IMG/VR virus record: IMGVR_UViG_3300047352_000567
Length of the DNA stretch: 26,850 nt
Strand: one strand, 5' to 3'
Source: an uncultured virus (IMG/VR IMGVR_UViG_3300047352_000567)
Taxonomy: Duplodnaviria > Heunggongvirae > Uroviricota > Caudoviricetes
Positions within the stretch are counted from its first letter, which is position 1. Each line of letters opens with the position of its first letter. Made by a program: the position numbers and the translations under genes. Below are positions 8,875 through 16,219 of the stretch, piece after piece. The notes below the pieces were generated by a model, which ran no database searches, was not told where the DNA came from, and was given only the letters and a program-made list of their open reading frames with translations.

Positions 8875-10645
8875 TTGCTTTAGCTATGGCCCAGACAATG
8901 AGCTACAGCTAGACGATAACACTGTCACTCAAATAATTGGTACAAATGGTATGGGCAAATCGTCTATACCATTAATTATTGAGGAGGCACTATACAATAA
9001 AAACTCAAAAGGCATCAAAAAAGCAGACATACCGAATAGGTATATAAACGACGGCTATGATATTGAGTTGGAATTTGAAAAGTCTGGCAAAGAGTATTTA
9101 ATTCGTATAAATAGAAAAAACAACATAAAAGTTGCTTTACTAGAAGATGGAGAAGATATATCAAGTCACACGGCTACAAACACCTATAAAAGTATACAGG
9201 ACATAGTGGGAGTAGATTTTAAGACTTTTTCACAGCTTGTTTATCAAAATACAAATGCTAGCTTACAGTTTCTTACCGCTACCGATACTAATAGGAAAAA
9301 GTTTCTAATTGATCTGTTAAGGCTGGAAGAGTACGTTCAGTTATTTGAAGTATTTAAAGAAGCATCACGAGAGTCTTCAAATAAGATGATTGAGGTATCC
9401 TCAGAAATTACAACTATTGAAAAATGGTTATCAAACAATAAACTTGAGGCTACCAATATACTACCACTATTAAATTTAGAAATTGATACGGAAGAAGATG
9501 AGAAGACATTCCGTTCTCTTTCAGTAGAACTTAAAAATATTTCCGAAAAAAATAAAAAAATTCTAAAAAATAATCACTATAAAGAAATGCTGGGCGGGAT
9601 AGATATTAACAAAATACAATCCTCATTAGAAACACTTCCTCCTACAGAGTCTTATGACAAATATCAGAGTATCATAGGACAGGTAGAAGGTGCTAAAAGA
9701 GCTTCTGATAACATGATGCAAAAGCTTGAGCAATTAGGAGATAAGTGCCCTACTTGCGAGCAAGATATAGATGCAGAGTTTAAAAATGAGTTAATCAGAG
9801 CCGAGAAAAAAACTCTCGAGTTTCTAGCTTCAAAGAAAGAAGATAACGAAGACATCATACGACAGATAAAAAGAAATAATGCTGCTAGAACTAATTTATC
9901 CAATGCGCAGAAAGAGTGGGAAGACCTTTTCAGAAGTATAGACAATACTTTACCCACTAACCTTCTTAACGCAGAAGAGCTGCAAGAAAAGCTAGATGAA
10001 GTAAGTGCAAAACTAAAAACTGCAAAAGCAGAACTAGCTAATATTGCTTCACAGAATGAAGCAATTACAAAGAGAAATACTAGAATTGAGATAATTCAGG
10101 CCCAGACAGATGGTTTTATACAAAAACTAGCTGCAGCACAGGAAGTTTTAGATCAGCAAAAAGAATTAGACTCTAGCTTAGAGATTCTAAAGAAAGCATT
10201 TAGTACAAACGGACTTCTTGCGTATAAAATTGAAAATCTAGTAAAAGAGCTAGAAGAGCTAGCAAATAGTTATCTTGCAGAACTATCCGACGGTAGATTT
10301 ACGCTAGAGTTTATTGTATCAAATGATAAATTAAATGTGCAGATTACTGATAATGAGAATATTGTCGATATTTTAGCGCTTTCTTCTGGGGAGCTAGCAA
10401 GAGTAAATACTGCAACTTTGATAGCTATTCGTAAACTAATGAGTAGCATATCAAAGTCAAGAATAAATATACTTTTCTTAGATGAAGTTATAAATGTTCT
10501 TGACGAAAGTGGCAGAGAAAAGATGGTAGAAGTATTACTACAAGAGGATTTAAATACCTATGTAGTGTCACACGGCTGGACTCATCCTCTTTTAGAAAAA
10601 ATAGAGGTTGTCAAAAAAGGAAACGTGAGTAAACTTGAATGGTAG
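8843..10645 (+). CDS. D13: Rad50/SbcC-like SMC ATPase (T5 D13)
   Basis: Walker A GTNGMGKS, Q-loop VYQ, coiled coil with CPTC zinc hook, signature LSSGE, Walker B FLDE, VSH H-loop. Confidence 0.94.
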   Translation: MITLKKLKWSNCFSYGPDNELQLDDNTVTQIIGTNGMGKSSIPLIIEEALYNKNSKGIKKADIPNRYINDGYDIELEFEKSGKEYLIRINRKNNIKVALLEDGEDISSHTATNTYKSIQDIVGVDFKTFSQLVYQNTNASLQFLTATDTNRKKFLIDLLRLEEYVQLFEVFKEASRESSNKMIEVSSEITTIEKWLSNNKLEATNILPLLNLEIDTEEDEKTFRSLSVELKNISEKNKKILKNNHYKEMLGGIDINKIQSSLETLPPTESYDKYQSIIGQVEGAKRASDNMMQKLEQLGDKCPTCEQDIDAEFKNELIRAEKKTLEFLASKKEDNEDIIRQIKRNNAARTNLSNAQKEWEDLFRSIDNTLPTNLLNAEELQEKLDEVSAKLKTAKAELANIASQNEAITKRNTRIEIIQAQTDGFIQKLAAAQEVLDQQKELDSSLEILKKAFSTNGLLAYKIENLVKELEELANSYLAELSDGRFTLEFIVSNDKLNVQITDNENIVDILALSSGELARVNTATLIAIRKLMSSISKSRINILFLDEVINVLDESGREKMVEVLLQEDLNTYVVSHGWTHPLLEKIEVVKKGNVSKLEW

Positions 10646-11784
10646 ATGAAAAATTACAACTAATTCTTTTTAACGAAGAGTGTAGGCAGAGCAATCAAAT
10701 AGAGCTGATAGCAAGTGAGAACTTTGCAAGTGAGGCTGTAAAAGAGCTTTGCGGTAGTGTTTTTACTAATAAGTACGCTGAAGGTTATCCTGGTGCTCGT
10801 TACTATAATGGTTGCGAGTACATGGATGCTGTAGAAAGATATGCACAAGAATTAGTTCAAAAACTATATGGCTGTTCATACTCTAATGTTCAGCCCCATA
10901 GCGGGGTCAATGCAAATACAGCAGTATATCAAGCATTTCTAAAGCCAGGAGATAAAATTCTTGGAATGGACTTAGCTAGTGGAGGTCATTTGAGCCATGG
11001 TGCAAAACCAACTTTAAGCGGTAAGGTATATGAAGCACACTCTTATGGTGTAAAAGAAGACGGCTGGATTGACTACGAACAAGTAGAAAGGGTTGCCTTA
11101 GAGCAGAATGTGGATATGATTGTAGCAGGTGCAAGTGCTTACTCTCGTCATATAGATTGGGGTAAATTTAGAGATATTGCAAAAAAAGTAAATGCCTATC
11201 TTTTGTGTGATATGGCGCACTACAGTGGGCTAGTCGCAGCAAGAATGTATCCGAGTCCGATTCCTTTTGCCGATGTAGTTACAAGCACTACTCATAAGAC
11301 ACTACGAGGACCAAGAGGTGGTATGATTCTTTGGAATAATCCAAATTATACTAAAAAAATAAATAGTGCTATTTTTCCTGGAACACAGGGCGGACCTCTT
11401 ATGAATATGATTGCTGCAAAAGCACAGTGCTACTCAGAGGCATTACAACCTTCTTTTGGGCATTATATATTTAATGTAATTAAGAATGCTCGTACAATGT
11501 CAAAAGTATTTACTGACGCAGGATATAACGTAATTACGGGAGGAACTGATAGTCATCTACTTCTTCTTGATTTAAGTGATAAAACCATCAGTGGAAAAGA
11601 AGCCGCAGATAGACTTGAAGAGAATGGAATTACTGTAAATAAAAATGGTGTGCCCAATGATCCTCGTAATTTTATTGAAACAAGCGGTATAAGAATTGGT
11701 ACGGCAGCAGAAACAACAAAAAATAGATCTAACTACTGGTTTCAAGACTTGGCGGGTATGATGATCGAGATATTGGAGAAGTAG
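10639..11784 (+). CDS. glyA: Serine hydroxymethyltransferase (PLP-dependent), auxiliary metabolic gene
   Basis: LIASENF, NKYAEGYPGARYY, NVQPHSG, GGHLSHG, DMAH, TTHKTLRGPRGG (PLP lysine), FPGTQGGP, GGTDSH, NKN, SGIRIGT. Confidence 0.97.
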   Translation: MVDEKLQLILFNEECRQSNQIELIASENFASEAVKELCGSVFTNKYAEGYPGARYYNGCEYMDAVERYAQELVQKLYGCSYSNVQPHSGVNANTAVYQAFLKPGDKILGMDLASGGHLSHGAKPTLSGKVYEAHSYGVKEDGWIDYEQVERVALEQNVDMIVAGASAYSRHIDWGKFRDIAKKVNAYLLCDMAHYSGLVAARMYPSPIPFADVVTSTTHKTLRGPRGGMILWNNPNYTKKINSAIFPGTQGGPLMNMIAAKAQCYSEALQPSFGHYIFNVIKNARTMSKVFTDAGYNVITGGTDSHLLLLDLSDKTISGKEAADRLEENGITVNKNGVPNDPRNFIETSGIRIGTAAETTKNRSNYWFQDLAGMMIEILEK

Positions 11785-12230
11785 TGGTAGACTCAAGAGC
11801 AAAAGGGGCGAGGGGGGAGTATCTCGTAAGAGATATGTTGCGAGAGCATACTGGACATCAGTTCGAAAGAGTTCCTAGCTCTGGCGCACTTGAGTACTTA
11901 AAAGGAGACTTATATGTTCCTCATGCAAAAAATAAATTTTGCATAGAAGTAAAGAACTACGCAGAGTCTCCTCTTACAGATAAAATATTTACAGCAAGTA
12001 AAACTAATAACTTAATACAGTGGTGGAAAAAACTAGAAAGACAAGCAGAGCAAGGAAGTCAAGAGCCTTTACTGTTTTTCAAATATAATAGATCACCAGT
12101 TTTTGTAGTAACGGTAGAGCCGCCCAGTAAAACAGAAGAATATATGTTTATATGTTTCTTAAACTGTTTTGTCCTGCTTGCAGAAGAGTGGCTAACCAAA
12201 GAAAAGGTAGAATTTTTAGATGGCATTTAA
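11784..12230 (+). CDS. D14: Holliday-junction resolvase-like PD-(D/E)xK nuclease (T5 D14)
   Basis: SRAKGARGE...RVPSSGA...KGDL...IEVK motif. GTG start with GGAG RBS. Synteny before D15. Confidence 0.88.
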   Translation: MVDSRAKGARGEYLVRDMLREHTGHQFERVPSSGALEYLKGDLYVPHAKNKFCIEVKNYAESPLTDKIFTASKTNNLIQWWKKLERQAEQGSQEPLLFFKYNRSPVFVVTVEPPSKTEEYMFICFLNCFVLLAEEWLTKEKVEFLDGI

Positions 12231-13059
12231 CTTTACAGATAAAATAGTTGATAATGATATCAACTGTACACTAATAGTAGATGCCTTAAATTTGGCGTTT
12301 AGATGGAAGCATCAAGGAAGAACAGATTTTAGATATGAGTATCAAAGAACTATTCAATCTTTAGCAAAATCTTACGACTGTAAAAATGTAATAATTACAG
12401 CAGATTTAGGCTCTTCTACTTATAGAAAAGAGATAAATCCAGAGTATAAACAAAATCGAAAAGATAAATTTGCTGACCAATCGGAAGCAGAAAAAGCAGA
12501 TTTCGAAGAGTTTATAGAGGAATATGAAGCAACTCTCAGTCTTTTACAGGAGGACTATACATTGCTTCGATTTAGAGGAGTAGAAGCAGATGATATTGCT
12601 GCTCATCTAGTCAAAGAAAAAGATAAGTATGACTTAGAATATATTTGGCTTATTTCAAGTGATAGGGATTGGGATTTACTCATAGGAGAAAATGTTAGCA
12701 GATTCTCTTATGTTACACGTAAAGAAGTAACATTAGAAAACTGGAGCAAACACTATGATGTAACTCCTGAAGAGTTTATTTCTCTTAAATGCCTTACCGG
12801 GGATAAAGGCGACAATGTTCCAGGAATTCCTGGAATTGGACCAAAAAGGGCTGTGGGGCTTATAAAGGAATATGGAGATGCTTTAAGTATTTACGATGCC
12901 TGTCCTATTGAAAGTAAATACAAATATATTCAGTCATTAAATGAAAACTATGAGCAAATACTACAAAACTATGAGCTTATGGATCTAATCACATACTGTG
13001 ATGATGCTATAGGCGTAGAGAATGTATCGGTGATAAAGGGGATAATGAATGCAAATTAA
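12220..13059 (+). CDS. D15: Flap endonuclease / 5'-3' exonuclease (T5 D15)
   Basis: IVDALNLAFR, YKQNR, GVEADD, ISSDRDWD, GDKGDNVPGIPGIGPKRA (H3TH motif). Confidence 0.94.
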   Translation: MAFNFTDKIVDNDINCTLIVDALNLAFRWKHQGRTDFRYEYQRTIQSLAKSYDCKNVIITADLGSSTYRKEINPEYKQNRKDKFADQSEAEKADFEEFIEEYEATLSLLQEDYTLLRFRGVEADDIAAHLVKEKDKYDLEYIWLISSDRDWDLLIGENVSRFSYVTRKEVTLENWSKHYDVTPEEFISLKCLTGDKGDNVPGIPGIGPKRAVGLIKEYGDALSIYDACPIESKYKYIQSLNENYEQILQNYELMDLITYCDDAIGVENVSVIKGIMNAN

Positions 13060-14818
13060 CTATAATCGTGATAATTATCTATCTGAGTTCAGTATTAAAA
13101 CACTGGAAGATAGATATTTAATCGGGGACGAAAAATCTCCCCAAGAAGCATTCGCTCGTGCAGCAAAGTGTTTTTCCGACAATGAAGCACACGCCCAGAG
13201 ACTCTACGACTATGCAAGCAAGTTGTGGTTTATGTTTTCTACACCTGTGCTTTCCAACGGTGGAAGTGCTCGTGGAATGCCTATAAGCTGCTTTTTGAAT
13301 TATGTAGACGATAGTAGAGAGGGCATCACAGACCACTATACAGAAAATGCTTTTCTATCTTCCGTTGGAGGAGGAGTTGGTGGCTGCTGGAGCGGGGTTC
13401 GGAGTGTAGGCTCGAAAACGAGCAATGGCTCCGAAAGTACGGGTGTAATACCGTTTATGAAAGTTGTAGATGCTGAAATGCTTGCTTTCTCTCAGGGAGT
13501 AACTCGACGTGGAAGCTATGCAGCATATCTTGATATGTCTCATCCTGAAATTGAGGAGTTTTTAGATGTCCGTAAACCTACTGGTGGAGATATTAACAGG
13601 AAGTCTACTAATTTGCACCACGGCGTTGTTGTCTCTGATGCTTTTATGCAAATTATTGAAAACGCTACTAGAGCACCCGGTTTCGACGATAGCTGGGATC
13701 TTATTGATCCCCATAGTAATGCTACTGTAAAAACAGTATCGGCAAAAACACTTTGGGTAAAACTTATTCAAAATCGTGTTGAAACGGGTGAACCTTACAT
13801 TATGTTTGGTGATACTGTGGACGAAAGCGTGCCAGAATTTCAGCAAAAACTTGGATTAAAAGTTCATCAATCAAATCTATGTTCTGAAATTACACTTCCT
13901 ACAGATAAAGACCGCACAGCGGTATGCTGCCTGTCAAGTGTAAATTTAGAAGAGTATGATGAGTGGAAAGATAATGACCAATTTATTCCTGATTTGGTAA
14001 GAATGTTGGATAACGTACTACAGTACTTTATTGACCATGCTCCGGATCAGCTATATCGCGCAAAGTATAGTGCAATGAGAGAAAGAAGTATTGGTCTTGG
14101 CGCAATGGGCTTTCATGCCTATCTACAACGTCATAACACTCCATTTGAGAGTCCTATGGCAAAGAGTAGGAACATGCAAATGTTCTCACGGATTAAGTCG
14201 GAGGCGGAACGTGCAACCAGAGAGTTGGCTAAAGAAAGAGGTGAATGTCCTGATGGAGAGGGTTACGGTGTTCGGAACGCTCACCTTCTTGCTATTGCTC
14301 CTAACGCCAGTAGCAGTATTATCTGTGGTAATACTTCTCCTTCAATTGAGCCTTACCGTGCTAATGCTTTTACTCAGAAAACTAAAACGGGGAGCAGTTT
14401 ACTTAAAAATGAATATCTCGAAGCTGTCCTCCAGGATCTCGGTCATGACACCGACGATGTCTGGAAAAGTATTGTTACGAGTAACGGCTCTGTACAACAC
14501 TTGGATTTCTTGGATGATTGGACGAAAGACGTCTTTAAAACGGCGGTGGAAATCGACCAAAGATGGGTGATCGAGCTTGCAGCAGATAGACAAGAGTTTA
14601 TATGCCAAAGCCAATCACTCAATGTCTTTTTTCCTGCGAATGTATCAAAACAAGAACTTCACGCTATACATATAATGGCCTGGAAAAGAGGAGTAAAAAC
14701 TCTATACTACTTACGAAGCGAAGCGTATAAAAGAGCAGAAACAATTTCAGATGAAGTCTTACGCGCTAGAATCTTTGAAAGTATAGACGATGACGGTTGT
14801 CTTGCTTGTGAGGGGTAG
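13049..14818 (+). CDS. nrdA: Ribonucleotide reductase class I alpha subunit, lacking ATP cone
   Basis: STPVLSN, PISCF, GGGVG, SQGVTRRG, SNLCSEI, VCCLSS, APNASSS, TLYY and C-terminal CLAC. 589 aa. Confidence 0.96.
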   Translation: MQINYNRDNYLSEFSIKTLEDRYLIGDEKSPQEAFARAAKCFSDNEAHAQRLYDYASKLWFMFSTPVLSNGGSARGMPISCFLNYVDDSREGITDHYTENAFLSSVGGGVGGCWSGVRSVGSKTSNGSESTGVIPFMKVVDAEMLAFSQGVTRRGSYAAYLDMSHPEIEEFLDVRKPTGGDINRKSTNLHHGVVVSDAFMQIIENATRAPGFDDSWDLIDPHSNATVKTVSAKTLWVKLIQNRVETGEPYIMFGDTVDESVPEFQQKLGLKVHQSNLCSEITLPTDKDRTAVCCLSSVNLEEYDEWKDNDQFIPDLVRMLDNVLQYFIDHAPDQLYRAKYSAMRERSIGLGAMGFHAYLQRHNTPFESPMAKSRNMQMFSRIKSEAERATRELAKERGECPDGEGYGVRNAHLLAIAPNASSSIICGNTSPSIEPYRANAFTQKTKTGSSLLKNEYLEAVLQDLGHDTDDVWKSIVTSNGSVQHLDFLDDWTKDVFKTAVEIDQRWVIELAADRQEFICQSQSLNVFFPANVSKQELHAIHIMAWKRGVKTLYYLRSEAYKRAETISDEVLRARIFESIDDDGCLACEG

Positions 14819-14972
14819 AGTTTGGACGATTTGGAAATACACAATCGGAAGTTTTAGCGATGAAAAAACAGCCGAACATGATAATATTGTAGCAATACTA
14901 CGAACTTTGATTGTTCTTGTCAACTTTATAACCTGTTTCTTCATCATGGCGAACGTAGTTCACAATTGGTAA
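14790..14972 (+). CDS. Small hypothetical membrane protein between nrdA and nrdB (start uncertain, possibly GTG 14808)
   Basis: Fills the nrdA-nrdB gap. W..WK..IG...D....RT followed by a hydrophobic helix. Stop lies 4 nt before the nrdB ATG. Confidence 0.6.
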   Translation: MTVVLLVRGRVWTIWKYTIGSFSDEKTAEHDNIVAILRTLIVLVNFITCFFIMANVVHNW

Positions 14973-14976
14973 AAAA

Positions 14977-15936
14977 ATGAATTTATTGCAGGAAAGAGAA
15001 TATTATAAACCTTTTAATTATCCGTGGGCATTTGAGCACTATAAGAGTCAGCAGCACATGCACTGGCTTCCTGACGAAGTGCCGCTTGCAGATGATTTAA
15101 AAGACTATCGGGAGAAAATGACTGAGGGACAGAAAAAGTTGCTATCAAGCCTTTTTCGTTTCTTCACTCAAGCGGATGTTGATGTGTGTTGTGGATATGC
15201 AAAGCATTATCTACCAACATTCAAGCAGCCAGAAGTAAGAATGATGCTATCTGCCTTTGCTGCTATGGAAGCAGTACACCAGGAAGCATACTCTTTGCTA
15301 CTTGAAACACTTGGATTCGGCGATGACGAATACCAGAAGTTTTTTGAGCACAAGGCTATGCTTGATAAGCATGAATATCTACATGATTTTGGAATGAATA
15401 CGCCCATGGATATTGCAAAAACCATGGCTATCTATTCTGGATTCACAGAGGGAGTTCAGCTGTTTAGTAGTTTTGCTATTCTACTGAACTTTCCTCGCCA
15501 TAATCTAATGAAAGGTATGGGACAGATTGTTACATGGTCAATTCGTGATGAAACATTGCACGTTGAAGGTATGTCACAGCTATTTCGTACTTTCATAAAA
15601 GAAAATCCAGAACTATGGACAGACGATCTAAAATATGAAATTTATTGTGCGGCAGAACGCACGGTAGAGCTTGAAGATGCGTTTATTGATCTTTGCTTTG
15701 AGGGAGCGGAAGTTCCGGACCTTACGCCGGAAGAAGTAAAAAGCTATATTCGTTATATTGCAGATCGAAGACTACTAGGTCTTGGATTAAAGAAAATTTT
15801 TCTAAGCGAAGACAATCCTCTTCCTTGGTTAGATTATATGTTGAATGGTGTAGAACACACCAATTTTTTCGAGAACCGTGCCACTGAGTATTCGCGCGCT
15901 AGTACTACAGGTAATTGGCAAGACATTTTTAAATAA
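14977..15936 (+). CDS. nrdB: Ribonucleotide reductase class I beta subunit
   Basis: HWLPDEV, FFTQAD, MEAVHQEAYS (iron ligands and radical Tyr), TEGVQLFSSF, RDETLH, NFFENRATEY. Confidence 0.96.
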   Translation: MNLLQEREYYKPFNYPWAFEHYKSQQHMHWLPDEVPLADDLKDYREKMTEGQKKLLSSLFRFFTQADVDVCCGYAKHYLPTFKQPEVRMMLSAFAAMEAVHQEAYSLLLETLGFGDDEYQKFFEHKAMLDKHEYLHDFGMNTPMDIAKTMAIYSGFTEGVQLFSSFAILLNFPRHNLMKGMGQIVTWSIRDETLHVEGMSQLFRTFIKENPELWTDDLKYEIYCAAERTVELEDAFIDLCFEGAEVPDLTPEEVKSYIRYIADRRLLGLGLKKIFLSEDNPLPWLDYMLNGVEHTNFFENRATEYSRASTTGNWQDIFK

Positions 15937-15947
15937 GGAACCTTACT

Positions 15948-16169
15948 ATGTCCGAAGTTGACCAAACTGAAGAAAATCCTGTATTGAACTTTAATGGGCA
16001 GGAATATCCTATTGCAGATCTTACAGACGAGCAGAAATACCTTGTAAATCAAATTCAAGATATTGAAAATCAGTTGTCTCCTTTACGAGCAAAAACTCAT
16101 CAGCTCACCCGAGCAAAAGAGGGTTTTGTCTCAGATCTAGAGACAGCACTAACTCCTCCAGAGGAGTAA
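15948..16169 (+). CDS. Small acidic coiled-coil hypothetical protein
   Basis: AAGGAA RBS. FNGQEY.I.DLTDEQ followed by a heptad-like helix. Ends just before the terminator. Confidence 0.7.
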   Translation: MSEVDQTEENPVLNFNGQEYPIADLTDEQKYLVNQIQDIENQLSPLRAKTHQLTRAKEGFVSDLETALTPPEE

Positions 16170-16197
16170 AAAGAAAGGGGCTTCGGCCCCTTTTTTT
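16170..16197. terminator. Bidirectional intrinsic terminator between convergent early and late operons
   Basis: AAAGAAAGGGGC-TTCG-GCCCCTTTTTTT: GC stem with C(UUCG)G tetraloop, T7 tract on + and A-rich tract serving the - strand. Confidence 0.92.
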
Positions 16198-16219
16198 ATG
16201 ATGACCAAGCTGGCATATT

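Noticed and set aside
10639..11784. glyA as evidence of host chromosome contamination or a chimeric assembly
   Set aside because: It overlaps phage genes at both ends, is co-oriented and has similar AT-rich composition. Read-level confirmation is still advisable.
2138..15936. Inteins, introns or homing endonucleases in pol, helicases or RNR
   Set aside because: The genes are uninterrupted and of compact length, and no HNH, LAGLIDADG or intein motifs were seen.
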